A DNA stretch of 64,000 nucleotides from Chthoniobacterales bacterium (GTDB lineage Bacteria; Verrucomicrobiota; Verrucomicrobiia; Chthoniobacterales; DASVRZ01), in the NCBI GenBank assembly GCA_038230215.1, contig JBBRNR010000009.1, positions 30,386-94,385 on the forward strand, in the 5' to 3' direction. The position numbers and the translations under genes are program-made. Shown one piece after another: positions 1 to 12,050 of the stretch. The notes below the pieces were generated by a model. It saw only the letters and a program-made list of their open reading frames with translations. It was not told the DNA's origin and searched no databases. The first letter of the stretch is position 1. Each line of letters begins with the position of its first letter.

Positions 1-103
1 GATGCGATCATTGCGCATTTCAAAGACGAATACCGCAGGCGCACCGGCATTGATTGCCAGACTTATTTGACCGCAGTGGCGTCCGGCGCCCACTAACACT
101 CCC

Positions 104-1000
104 GTGGAACTTATCGCGCAGCAACTTATTGCCTCCTATCAGGAATCGGGCGGCATCAACCACCTCGACGGAGCCAACCTGCCCTCGAAAGTCGCCATCG
201 CGAAGATTTGTGAGGACTTGCTCAGCCTTATTTTTCCCGGGTTCCATGACGATGCGCCGCTACTCCGGGAAGCCGTGGAAAGGGTGACCACCACACGCGT
301 GGTCGCCGTTACCCAAGCCCTTAAAGTCGAGATCTGCAAAAGCCTCCGTCTGGGCGAACCGGACTGTCCGGATGCGCGCGCCGAAAAAATGGTGGCCGAG
401 TTTCTCATGGCTCTGCCGCGTGTCCGGCAAATCCTCAAAACCGACGTCGCCGCCGCCTTCGAGGGCGATCCAGCGGCTCGTGGCTTCGACGAGATCATCC
501 TATCTTATCCGTTCGTCGAGACGATTGCCGTGCAACGCATGGCGCATCTTTTCTATCTCGCGGAACTCCCGATCATCCCACGCATGATGACCGAGTGGGC
601 ACATTCGCGGACCGGGATCGACATTCATCCGGGAGCGCAGATTGGCACGCATTTTTTCATCGACCACGGCACGGGTGTCGTCATTGGCGAAACCTCCCAG
701 ATCGGCACGAACGTGAAGCTTTACCAAGGTGTCTCGCTCATCGCGCGTTCGCTCGCTGGTGGACAGCAATTGCGCGGAAAGAAGCGTCATCCGACTGTCG
801 AGGACAATGTCACGATTTACGCAGGGACCACCATCATGGGCGGCGACACGGTGATCGGTGCGGGCAGCACGATCGGGGCAAACGTTTTCCTCACCCACGG
901 CGTACCGAAGCGCTCGCTGGTCTATTTCCAGGAGAAGCAACTAACCATTCTCGACAAGAACAAACGCCACGACCTCAGCGGCGACGATTGGTCTATTTGA
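104..1000 (+). CDS. cysE: Serine O-acetyltransferase (CysE/EpsC type)
   Basis: Motifs GDPAA, TGIDIHPGA, FFIDHGTGVVIGET and KRHPT; hexapeptide repeats. GTG start. Confidence 0.9.
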   Translation: MELIAQQLIASYQESGGINHLDGANLPSKVAIAKICEDLLSLIFPGFHDDAPLLREAVERVTTTRVVAVTQALKVEICKSLRLGEPDCPDARAEKMVAEFLMALPRVRQILKTDVAAAFEGDPAARGFDEIILSYPFVETIAVQRMAHLFYLAELPIIPRMMTEWAHSRTGIDIHPGAQIGTHFFIDHGTGVVIGETSQIGTNVKLYQGVSLIARSLAGGQQLRGKKRHPTVEDNVTIYAGTTIMGGDTVIGAGSTIGANVFLTHGVPKRSLVYFQEKQLTILDKNKRHDLSGDDWSI

Positions 1001-1009
1001 GTTCCAATG

Positions 1010-2077
1010 TTAGCTGACGGCTGACTTGCGCCGGGTCAACCAGAGCAACCCGCTCAAGCCTACGAGCAACATGGCGTTCGTGTTCGCCTCGGGGACGACC
1101 TGATATCCCATGTCGTTCAGCATAGCCAAGTCCATTTGAGTGAGATACTTACGCGTGCCCTGGGTCAGAGTGGGGTCCATCACCGCCTCTTGCACAGCAC
1201 CAGTATCCAGCCGCGTGCTGGAGTAGCTGGAAACAATGTGCGCCTGATCCGACGCCAACAATCCTGCGCCACTTCCCCCATTCTGCGCGACAGCTTTGGC
1301 ACCCAGCCAGGTCGTGCCGGAATGCTCGTTGTCCCAACTGTCCGAACCGCCGAAGCCTAGGGAGTGGATCATCTCGTGCAAGGCGACGGAGTAGAAGTCG
1401 TTCTTACCCGCGAACGAGGTGTTTGCGTAATCGAAGTTCCAGTAATTGCCCAGCATGACGGCGTCATCGATGACGTTGTCGTTGTTGCTGTCGTTATCGA
1501 ACCAGAGATTGCCAAGGATGGGCCCGGTTCTGACGTTATAATTAGCCGGCGTGCCTCCCAAGGCCAGGCTTCCGCTGAATGAACTGAAAGTCACATTGGC
1601 CCCACGCCCCATTCCGGCGTTGGAGGCGGCCTCCGCAGCGGCCACGGCTCCGGTCCATTGCGAGCCTGATCCCGATCCGCCAAAGGAAAATCCGGCTCCG
1701 CCCGTGCCGCCTTGGCCAAGTGTCGTTCCGGCGATAGGCTGGGCTCCGACGTAGAGGGTGAATGTATTCGCCGCTGACGTGAAAGTATTCAGAGTCACCG
1801 TCGCTCCGGTCGTTGGATTGGTGTAGGTCAGCTTCCAATCGAATGTGGCCGTCGTGACACCGTTGGTTCCGGTGTAAACGTCTGTCGTGACCGGCGCGAG
1901 TGAAGTCGTGATCGCCGCACTGAGATCGGCGGCGGCTTTCTCCAGCGTGGCCTTCGCGGTGGTGTTGCCGAAGAAATTGGACGAGTCGTTCGAGTAATCG
2001 AAGACAATGTTGAAGGCTGGAGCCGCTTGCGAACCAAGAATGAGAGTAAGAACGGCGATCTGAATTTTCCGTTTCAT
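1010..2077 (-). CDS. Secreted PEP-CTERM-type protein with metzincin/matrixin-like zinc motif
   Basis: Signal peptide; HEMIHSLG zinc motif and Met-turn-like AVMDP; C-terminal VPEA + hydrophobic helix + RRK. ATG at 2077 has GGAGG upstream. Confidence 0.8.
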   Translation of the reverse strand: MKRKIQIAVLTLILGSQAAPAFNIVFDYSNDSSNFFGNTTAKATLEKAAADLSAAITTSLAPVTTDVYTGTNGVTTATFDWKLTYTNPTTGATVTLNTFTSAANTFTLYVGAQPIAGTTLGQGGTGGAGFSFGGSGSGSQWTGAVAAAEAASNAGMGRGANVTFSSFSGSLALGGTPANYNVRTGPILGNLWFDNDSNNDNVIDDAVMLGNYWNFDYANTSFAGKNDFYSVALHEMIHSLGFGGSDSWDNEHSGTTWLGAKAVAQNGGSGAGLLASDQAHIVSSYSSTRLDTGAVQEAVMDPTLTQGTRKYLTQMDLAMLNDMGYQVVPEANTNAMLLVGLSGLLWLTRRKSAVS

Positions 2078-2101
2078 GATAGCCTCCAAACAATCTGTGG
2101 G

Positions 2102-3340
2102 TCAGCGGTCGCTTTCGCCCATCACGAAGTCGAGCGAGCCGAGTATCGCGACGACGTCGCTCATCATGTGGCCCGGCAAAATCGTGGAAAGGATGCTCAA
2201 ATTAACGAAACTCGGTGCGCGAATCTTCATCCGGTGCGGCACGCCGCCGCCCTTGCTATTGATGTAAAAGCCCAACTCGCCCTTGGGGTTTTCCGCGCCG
2301 AAATACACCTCGCCCACCGGCGCGTCGATGCCTTCCGTGTGAATCATGAAATGATGGATGAGTTCCTCCATTTTCGTCATCACCTGCGCCTTGGGTGCGG
2401 CCATGTTTTTCGGATCGACATAATTGATCGGTCCCTCGGGCAGCGTTGCGATGACCTGACGCAAAATCTTCACGCTCTGGCGCATTTCCTCGAGGCGAAC
2501 GAGGTAGCGATCGTAGCAATCGCCAACCGAGCCGAGAGGAATATCGAAGTCGTATTTCTCGTAGTCGAGATAAGGATTGGCCTTGCGCACATCGTAATCG
2601 ACGCCGGAGCCGCGTAAGTTCGGGCCAGTCAGACCGAAGGCGATGGCTTGCTCCTTGGTGATGATCCCCACATCCTTCGTGCGGTCCACGAAAATGCGGT
2701 TGCGCGTCAGGAGCGCGTCGGTCTCGTTCAGGCTCGGGATAAATTCGTCGAGAAACTTCACCAGCAGATCGATGAAGCCCGGCGGCAGATCTCGAATCTG
2801 GCCACCGATTCGCGTGTAACTCGTCGTAAACCGCGCGCCCGTGAGCAGCTCGGTGAGGTTATAAATTTTCTCGCGCTCCGTGAAAGTGTAGAGAAATACC
2901 GTCATCGCCCCCGTGTCCATGGCGAACGCCCCGAGGCCGAGCAAATGCGCCGAGATGCGGGCCAGCTCACAGCAGAGCACGCGGATCGCCTTGCCACGCG
3001 CGGGCAGTTCCCAGCCCATCAGTTTCTCCACGGCGCAGGCGTAGGCGACGTTGTTGGCCAGCGGCGCGAGATAATCGAGGCGGTCCGTGTAAGGAATGAA
3101 CTGGTTGTATTGCATGTTCTCCGCAATCTTCTCGTCGCCGCGATGCAGGTAACCGACGTCGGGCACCGCCTTGGTGATCACCTCGCCATCGAGTTCCAGG
3201 GAAATGCGCAAGACGCCGTGGGTCGCCGGGTGCGACGGACCCATGTTCAGGGTCAATTTTTCGCCAAGGATTTCGCTGCTTTCCAAGTGTTGCGCAGTCC
3301 GGGCGAGAGTGTCTGGTGATTCGATTTCGACGATAGCCAT
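2102..3340 (-). CDS. nuoD: NADH-quinone oxidoreductase subunit D
   Basis: NMGPSHPATHGVLR, GYLHRGDEK, DRLDY and C-terminal DFVMGESDR. Confidence 0.95.
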   Translation of the reverse strand: MAIVEIESPDTLARTAQHLESSEILGEKLTLNMGPSHPATHGVLRISLELDGEVITKAVPDVGYLHRGDEKIAENMQYNQFIPYTDRLDYLAPLANNVAYACAVEKLMGWELPARGKAIRVLCCELARISAHLLGLGAFAMDTGAMTVFLYTFTEREKIYNLTELLTGARFTTSYTRIGGQIRDLPPGFIDLLVKFLDEFIPSLNETDALLTRNRIFVDRTKDVGIITKEQAIAFGLTGPNLRGSGVDYDVRKANPYLDYEKYDFDIPLGSVGDCYDRYLVRLEEMRQSVKILRQVIATLPEGPINYVDPKNMAAPKAQVMTKMEELIHHFMIHTEGIDAPVGEVYFGAENPKGELGFYINSKGGGVPHRMKIRAPSFVNLSILSTILPGHMMSDVVAILGSLDFVMGESDR

Positions 3341-3406
3341 GTGGTGTTATGGGTTTTTAATAAGGAGGATTCGCCCTCGCAAGCGCAATGTGCGAAAACA
3401 TTCCGC

Positions 3407-5557
<2,151 letters not shown>

Positions 5558-5620
5558 CCACACCAAGATTCCGTTGCCGCCCGCAGCATTTTCCCGTATA
5601 TCTCACCAAGAACATTTCTC

Positions 5621-5842
5621 ATGTCGGACAAGGATATTCAGAAACTCGAAAACCAATTCCCCGCCCTCTCCGGCCAGGCATTCGCAGCGGCCCGCCAACA
5701 AACCCTCGATGCGGGCCTCAGCGTTCTCCAATCCCGACACGGCGTCATCTACGAAGTCTTTCCCAATGGCGAAAGAACGGTCGTGAAACACATCGCGATG
5801 CCGATCAGCGTCGTTCCAGGAAGCCGGTTCACACTCCAGTGA
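5621..5842 (+). CDS. Small hypothetical protein, putative antitoxin partner of the downstream zeta-toxin-like kinase
   Basis: 73 aa; overlaps the next ORF by GTGA (translational coupling). Confidence 0.6.
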   Translation: MSDKDIQKLENQFPALSGQAFAAARQQTLDAGLSVLQSRHGVIYEVFPNGERTVVKHIAMPISVVPGSRFTLQ

Positions 5843-6594
5843 ACACTCCCCGGCTTCGGATGTTTGCCGGGCCCAACGGTTCAGGAAAAAGCGAACTCAA
5901 GCAGTATCTCCCCTCTGCTCTACTCGGCATCTACCTCAATGCCGACGAGGTGGAAGAGAAACTTCGGCGAGACGGCCTCTGGGATCTGGGCCGCTATCAA
6001 CTCCCGCTCGAATCCGAAGAAATCAGCAGCTTCTTTCGCACGTCCTCGTTTCTAGCCTCGGCTGGCTTGGCCGATCTCGCTGCGCAGATCACTTTCGCCG
6101 ACAACTGCCTCCGGGTTCCTAAAGAACAGGTCAACTCCTACCTCGCGTCTGTCGCGATTGATTTTCTCCGGCAAAAGCTTCTGGAGCACCGCATCTCCTT
6201 CACATTGGAGACCGTCATGTCGCACACTGGAAAAGTAGACCTGCTCGCCCAAGCCCAGCAACTCGGCTACCGTACTTACCTCTACTTTATCGCCACCGAC
6301 GATCCCGACATTAACATCTCTCGCGTGCGCAATCGCGTGAGCCGTGGTGGCCACGGAGTTCCGCCCGACAAAATTCGGGAACGCTACTTTCGTTCTCTGG
6401 ATCTTCTTATGGATGCTTTAAAGCATACCGACCGAGGCTACATCTTTGATAACTCACAAGAGGGCGTCGACCATACCTGGCTGGCCGAAGTGACCGGTGG
6501 TAGAGAGTTGGAAATCAAAACCGATGAGATACCTGTATGGTTTAAACAGGCCGTTTTGGATAAGATTCCCACAGAAAATGGCACCGTCCGGTAA
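5839..6594 (+). CDS. Zeta-toxin family / P-loop kinase
   Basis: AGPNGSGKS Walker A, NADE, FTLETV, RVRNRVSRGGHGVP and DNS. Confidence 0.8.
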   Translation: MNTPRLRMFAGPNGSGKSELKQYLPSALLGIYLNADEVEEKLRRDGLWDLGRYQLPLESEEISSFFRTSSFLASAGLADLAAQITFADNCLRVPKEQVNSYLASVAIDFLRQKLLEHRISFTLETVMSHTGKVDLLAQAQQLGYRTYLYFIATDDPDINISRVRNRVSRGGHGVPPDKIRERYFRSLDLLMDALKHTDRGYIFDNSQEGVDHTWLAEVTGGRELEIKTDEIPVWFKQAVLDKIPTENGTVR

Positions 6595-6679
6595 ATCTAT
6601 TTCCCAAAATCCAGCGAAGTTCCATTTCGGCTCTCCCGGGCGGGCGGCCAGAGCAGCGTCAATGGATGTGCGTTGACCA

Positions 6680-7782
6680 CTACTTCTTCGGGCTCGAAAA
6701 AAGGCCCTCCGCCTCGGCTGCGCCTGTGACCTTCACCGTCGCCACATCTTCAAAACGGGGGAATGTATGATTCTTTCCGGCTTCCTCAGCATCGGGATAT
6801 AGCACCCCCGGCAGACGGGTGATCTTCTCGAAAAGCCACCGATTCTCCACGTCGCCCGTTGAAATATCCGCCCCGGGTTCTTGCGGCTTCCGAGTAATCG
6901 ACAGCGTTCCATAAGGCTGCTCGTTTTTGGTTAGAACATACGGATCAGAGCCGTCCATCTCAGCACCATGTCCCATGCCTACCCGGATCGTCTCCAGCTT
7001 GCCATCCTTTCCGATCCCCTCGCCTTCGACAAACGTCGGATCGTTCGTGCCATATCCCATTTCATCGTGCCACGAGGCTTTTCTGATGAGTGAACCCTCA
7101 CTCCACTCAAGAAACTGCGACTCTCCCCAAATGGCGCGGCGTGGCGATTTGAAAAATAGCCGGACATATTTCCCGGCGTTTGCCGGTTCGCCCATCGCTG
7201 AGGCGAGGAGATTAAGTCGATGCTTCACTGGATCGAAGCGCAGCAGGTAATGCTCTTGAAAATACTTGTCCACCTCCCCGGCAAAGATCACTTCTGGCAC
7301 GCCATCTCCGCTCAGATCCACCAACTTAAAAGGCTCCGTCGCAGGTGTGACTGGCATGTAATCATCTCCGTTTTTTCCATCCCATTTCCATCCCTTTGGC
7401 CGCCAGACCGTCTCGATCTTCCAGAGCCCACGCAACTTCCATTTGCCGTCAGTCCATTCGGTAAACGCCACCCCAGCCATTTCCTCGCCCGCACCTGCAG
7501 CGAGCTCCGCCAAGGCATACGCCGTCCCCGTTTTGAAAAAATCGCCACCAATACGAACTCGCCCGTCTTCGTGATCGTGGACTCGGGTTGGGCGTTTGCT
7601 TGCGGTGGAAGTGTCGGAAGCAAGACTTTCAATTGCTTTTCCGCTGACTCGCGAACGGTCGACGGCTGATCAAGCGAGACGACCATCTTCCCCAGCTCGA
7701 CATCGCGCTCCTGCGCGAGGAGCAGCAAAGAAGAAGCGAACGACTCAATGACAACCAGCAAAACGAATGATTTAAATGACAT
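6680..7782 (-). pseudogene. Probable exported hypothetical protein split by a frameshift (ORFs 7312-7782 and 6680-7513)
   Basis: The upstream ORF carries a signal-peptide-like N-terminus. The downstream frame is open upstream of 7513 without its own ATG and contains an FG-GAP-like DLSGDGVPEV. Confidence 0.5.
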
Positions 7783-8094
7783 TACCTCGAATTTAACCGG
7801 AAGGAGCCGTTATCGTCCACTGGACATCGGCTCGAAAAGCACCCCGCAGCCCTGTCATTGATGCCGTTTCTATCTTCTCATTCTCTGACTCCAGTTTAAA
7901 GTTCAATAGACAATTCATTGTGCAGAAAGCTTTCACTATTTCACTCTATTCTGCGCCAGAATTTATTATCTGAAGGCTGCCATTAGCTAGCTCAAGCTGT
8001 TTTAATACGCATGGAGTTCCATTGTTATTAAAGTCGCAGGCACGGCAAGCTCCGTCCAAGTTGGGTCCTGGGGAAATGTTCTTTCATCTTGCAG

Positions 8095-8252
8095 GCCGGA
8101 GTTTGGGTGAAGTGTGCCGATGTTTAAGTCGAACAGAAATTAGTTTGGGCGGAGCCTTCAGGAGTTTGGGTGGCGTAAGAATGTTTCTGGTTTTTGCAGG
8201 TAGGAGTTTGGGTGCAGCGAGAATGTTTCTAGTTTTTGCAAGAATTTTATTT
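8095..8252. repeat. Degenerate ~21-bp-period array (AGTTTGGG core) including a 42-bp tandem duplication
   Basis: GTTT cores at 8101, 8122, 8143 and 8164, then two copies of aggagtttgggtg..agaatgtttct.gtttttgca. Confidence 0.6.
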
Positions 8253-8397
8253 AGAGCGCATTGCAAAAAGTTTGTTGTAGCGTCGAGCCTGTGGCTCGAT
8301 GGGCTTGGTGGCAGAGGGATTTCTTTCGAGCCATAGGCTCCCACTACCAACCCAGCCAGGATGCAACGGTCCATGCACGACTTATGAGACGCCCTCT
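8253..8397. mobile_element. MITE-like element carrying a GTAG-type REP doublet (left copy)
   Basis: 8274-8397 is a ~125-bp inverted copy of 9257-9382. Imperfect ends AGAGCGCATTGCAAAAAGT / GACTTATGAGACGCCCTCT; internal GTAGCGTCGAGCCTGTGGCTCGA palindrome. Confidence 0.65.
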
Positions 8398-8540
8398 GAG
8401 AGCGGCTACTTGGTCATTGGGTTGCCGTCGCACTTGCCACAGCCACGAAGGGGAAGCCACCATTCTTAAATTTTATTTTGGATAACTGTTGACCCATGTG
8501 GATGGCGGTCTCACTACTGGTTCTTAACTTATTCAAAACT

Positions 8541-9257
8541 ATGGCTAATTCTGAACAATCTTTTGCTGATCGTCTGCAACGCGGGAATTCTTTATAAGCA
8601 GCCATTGCGGCGATGACTCCTGCTTTTGTGCCGGTCGATACCACGCTGGCTCCCATCAGTTTCAAGGCATTCCTGGTTTCCGTTCTGGCAGCCAACGATC
8701 TCGTCGCCACGACCACGGCGGAGTGGAATGATCCCGTGGGAGAACGTCAGGATGCCTCCACCAGCATTCAAGCGCGGACCACGCAATCCCTCGGTTTCGT
8801 GAAGAGCAACAAGGCTTGGGATAAGAAGTTGCCCTCGATCAAACTCGCGGCCGACAAAGTGCGCGATGTGAAGGCTCCCCGACCGAAGACGCCAGTGCTG
8901 ACGTCGCCTGCAAAACCCGTGCGGAAAAAAATCGCCCGTGGCGGTGGAAGCTTCGGCGACATCGCGCTGAACTTCGGGAAATATGTGGCTGCGCTAACGC
9001 AACTGACAGGTTATGTGCCGGTCGATCCGACCATTTCGCTGGCGGCTTTGAGTGCGGCGAAGACGGAGTTTGATACTTTGAACGAGACGGTCTCCAGCAA
9101 GGAAATCGCCCTGACGAATGCGCAAGGTGATCGCAGCGATCTCTATGATGCCGAGGACGGCTTGAGTGTGAAAATGCTGGCAATCAAGGAAGCTGTAAAG
9201 GGTCAATACGGGCAGAAAAGTCCGGAGTATCTGTCGGTCAAAGGCATCAAACTTTAA
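8541..9257 (+). pseudogene. 238-codon alpha-helical hypothetical protein with an in-frame TAA at 8595-8597 (intact ORF from 8613)
   Basis: Reads MANSEQSFADRLQRGNSL*AAIAAMTP... in one frame. The C-terminal GL..K...IK..VKGQYG.KSPEY..VKGIKL pattern recalls a widespread uncharacterised family (from memory). Confidence 0.65.
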
Positions 9258-9401
9258 GAGGGCGTCTAATAAGTTGTGCATGGACCGTTTGCATCATGGA
9301 TGGGTTTGTAGCGTCGAGCCTATGGCTCGAAAGACATCCCTCTGCCACCAAGCCCATCGAGCCACAGGCTCGACGCTACAACTGACTTTTACGACGCCTT
9401 T
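9257..9401. mobile_element. MITE-like element carrying a GTAG-type REP doublet (right copy, inverted)
   Basis: Ends AGAGGGCGTCTAATAAGT ... ACTTTTACGACGCCTTT flanked by TTAA-like sequence; internal GTAGCGTCGAGCC...GGCTCGACGCTAC hairpin. Confidence 0.7.
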
Positions 9402-9466
9402 TAAAGAAAATGACGGCAGTGAGTCGGTTGTTCTAAGAAAGTGATGCGGCGGCGCGTGTTGCAGGT

Positions 9467-9970
9467 ATGAGATCATTGAAAGTCGTCGTGCCGTGTCCCA
9501 AGCAGTGGGATGAATTGACCGGAGGAGCGAGTCGGCGTTTCTGCGATCATTGCCAGAAAGATGTGCACAATCTTTCGCTGGCATCGCCGAGGGAAACGGC
9601 GCGGCTGGCCCGTCAGGTAGAGGCGGGAGAGAGGGTTTGCGTGGCGTATTTCCAGACTCCCACGGGAACGATCCAGCATCGTGCTTCGCGCTGGCCGCGC
9701 TGGGTGGCCGGGTTGCAATCGATCCTGGCGGTATTGCTGCCGATGAGTGCAGTCAATATGCAAGCAGAAGCGCCTGCAAAGGGTGGCGAACATCGCGGTG
9801 TGCGCCTCGGTGTGGATGGCGAGATCGTGATAGGGAAAGTAGCCCCTTCTCCGAAGCCGACCCCCACTCCACCGATCATTCGCGGGGAAGCGGTGGTGTC
9901 GCTTATGCCCCATATGATTCTGGGGGAGCCTGTAGGGGTGCCGGCGTCAACGCCCACTCCGAAGCCGTAG
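9467..9970 (+). CDS. Hypothetical protein with N-terminal Cys-rich (putative metal-binding) domain
   Basis: PC..W..L.G...RRFC..C.K.VHNLS...C motif, then a hydrophobic segment and a Pro-rich tail. Confidence 0.7.
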   Translation: MRSLKVVVPCPKQWDELTGGASRRFCDHCQKDVHNLSLASPRETARLARQVEAGERVCVAYFQTPTGTIQHRASRWPRWVAGLQSILAVLLPMSAVNMQAEAPAKGGEHRGVRLGVDGEIVIGKVAPSPKPTPTPPIIRGEAVVSLMPHMILGEPVGVPASTPTPKP

Positions 9971-10057
9971 ATGGGCGGCTCCTGATTTCTCCTAAAGAGG
10001 AACGTGGAAAACCACTAGACGTGGCTGGTTTCTCCATCCGGGTTGCAGAGACTTGGA

Positions 10058-10816
10058 CTAGTGGTCGAGTTTGGTGAGGACGAAGGCGGCGAGGAAGCCG
10101 AGGACGGTGATGAGCCCCGCAAAGTCGTGGGCTTCCTCAAAGGCCTCGGGGATCATGGTGTCGGCGAGCATAGCAAGAATGGCTCCGGCGGCAATGGCGG
10201 TGGTCCCGGCGATGATGTCGGCGGAGAAGTGGCTGAAGATGCTGTAACCGAGGAGCGAGGCGATGCCGGAGATGAGGGCGATGCCACCCCAGACGCTAAA
10301 GACGTAGGCGGCGGAGCGTTTCGCCTGGCGCATCCCAGCGGAGGACGACAAGCCCTCGGGCAGGTTGGAAAGGAAGATGGCGACGACGGCGACCCAGCTG
10401 ACGCGGCCCCCGCCAATGAGGCTTACGCCGATGACGATGGATTCCGGGATGCCATCAAGGAGCGCGCCGACGGCGATGGAGAGGCCGCTGCCGCTGTTTT
10501 CCTTTTCGGTGGCTTGCTGGGTGCCGGAGCGCTTGCGATGTTTGCCGCCCGCACGGTTCACGAGCCAATTGGCCCCGGTATAAATCGCCGCGCCGCCGAC
10601 GAAGCCGATGGCAGTGGAGTCAAATCCGCCGCGTTTGTAGGCTTCTTCCATGAGGTCGAAGGAGAGCGCGGAGATGAGGACGCCGCTGCCAAAGGCCATG
10701 ATGGCTGCGATGAGACGTTGGGGGATTTTTAGGTAAAACCCAGCTGACGCGCCGATGAGCAGGGCCGAGCCGGCGAGCCAGCCCCAAAATCCTGCCTGAA
10801 TCCAGATGGGAAACAT
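10058..10816 (-). CDS. ZIP family divalent metal transporter
   Basis: Multiple TM helices; LLDGIPES, FLSNLPEGLSS and DTMIPEAF motifs. Confidence 0.88.
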   Translation of the reverse strand: MFPIWIQAGFWGWLAGSALLIGASAGFYLKIPQRLIAAIMAFGSGVLISALSFDLMEEAYKRGGFDSTAIGFVGGAAIYTGANWLVNRAGGKHRKRSGTQQATEKENSGSGLSIAVGALLDGIPESIVIGVSLIGGGRVSWVAVVAIFLSNLPEGLSSSAGMRQAKRSAAYVFSVWGGIALISGIASLLGYSIFSHFSADIIAGTTAIAAGAILAMLADTMIPEAFEEAHDFAGLITVLGFLAAFVLTKLDH

Positions 10817-10872
10817 TCTGCTGCTAAATCGAATCTCGCCCAAGATTCGTTCCTTAAAAACGTCAGCATATT

Positions 10873-11124
10873 TCAAGGTGGAGCCCGAAAATGTGCCGAC
10901 GTTGATGAGTCGGTCTTTTTTAAGTTGTCGGGCTTGTGCGCGGCCTGGGCACCGGTTTTGTCGCTTTCGACTAGATATTCCGGGTTGTCCGGCGAGGCCG
11001 CCAGGCGATGCGATTTAATCTTGATGGGCGCGGTGAGTTTCTTTTTCACAGTGCCTTGGATGGGGCCTTGGGTGGAGTTCCATTCGACTTTGTCGCCGGG
11101 TTGCAGGGATTTTGATTTCGCCAT
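10873..11124 (-). CDS. DUF2945 / hypervirulence-associated Tudor-like small protein
   Basis: GDKVEWNS..G...G.V and ASPDNPEYLVESDKTG..AAHKP pattern. Confidence 0.8.
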   Translation of the reverse strand: MAKSKSLQPGDKVEWNSTQGPIQGTVKKKLTAPIKIKSHRLAASPDNPEYLVESDKTGAQAAHKPDNLKKTDSSTSAHFRAPP

Positions 11125-11310
11125 GTTAGCAGAAACGGATGGAAGTCGGCTGTCGGCCCTCGAAAAGCGCACCTTTGGGTAGTTCTGCACGGCCGGGAAA
11201 GGCGCGCTGACGTTATCGCATACATGGACTCCATCAAGATGCTTATCGGCGCTGCCATTGGTAAAACGCTCGACGATTCCCTCCAAGGCCGCATCGCGCT
11301 CTAACTCCGA

Positions 11311-11772
11311 TCAAGCGGCGGCCTGAGTGCCGAGGAAATGTGCCTGGAGCGCCTCATTGCGAAATTGGAAAATCCGCTCGATGTCTGGTTTCACCAGCCA
11401 GCTGTGCACTAGAAAATCGAACGCCACGGCATAGCGCACCCGATCTCCCACCAGCGTGCCGCCATTACTGGCCTCGAAGGTGTGCTGGTGAATCCACTGA
11501 CGATACGGGCCGCGCACCTGTTCATCGACGAAACGAAACGGCGGCTCCCAGCCGGTGATTCTCGCCCGCCAACGCAATGGCACGCCATGCACCCGCAGCC
11601 GGTAATCGATGATTGTCCCCTCGCCCATCTGGATCGGAGTGGGCGTGACGATGTGAAATTGCAACAACGGCGGTGTCAGCGCATCGAGATTCGCCGCATC
11701 TGCAAAAAACGGAAACACTTCCTCGGGTGTTAACGGCAACCAAAGCTCAGAAGAAAATTCATGGATTCGCAT
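11311..11772 (-). CDS. SRPBCC family protein
   Basis: VFPFF.DA.NL..LTPP and RFVDEQV.GPY..W.H.H.F motifs. Confidence 0.85.
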   Translation of the reverse strand: MRIHEFSSELWLPLTPEEVFPFFADAANLDALTPPLLQFHIVTPTPIQMGEGTIIDYRLRVHGVPLRWRARITGWEPPFRFVDEQVRGPYRQWIHQHTFEASNGGTLVGDRVRYAVAFDFLVHSWLVKPDIERIFQFRNEALQAHFLGTQAAA

Positions 11773-11923
11773 CTCACCAGATTCGCCCGAACGACCACGG
11801 CGGTTGCTGGAAATGTCCGGTTGCATGTGAGTTCCATTCCATTCTGGGAACTCTGGCCCGATGAAAAAAATTATCGCGTGACAAGCCACGCGCTCTGGAT
11901 ATTCTACCCCTCCCGCAACGAAC

Positions 11924-11996
11924 GGGGTCTTAGCTCAGTTGGTAGAGCGCCTCAATGGCATTGAGGAGGTCAGGGGTTCGAATCCCCTAGGCTCCA
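11924..11996 (+). tRNA. tRNA-Ala (GGC)
   Basis: Cloverleaf with acceptor GGGGTCT/AGGCTCC including G3:U70, anticodon GGC and GTTCGAATC T-loop; CCA not encoded. Confidence 0.95.
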
Positions 11997-12050
11997 CGTT
12001 ATTCACTGTTCGGAGTTGGCTTGTCTTTCTGAGGCTGTTAGTTTTTCGGA

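Noticed and set aside
2102-3340. Isolated nuoD as a hydrogenase large subunit or novel complex
   Set aside because: It lacks the CxxC Ni-binding motifs, and split nuo loci are common.
8022-8374. Short ORFs on both strands over the array and MITE
   Set aside because: They are translations of repeat DNA with no independent evidence of coding.
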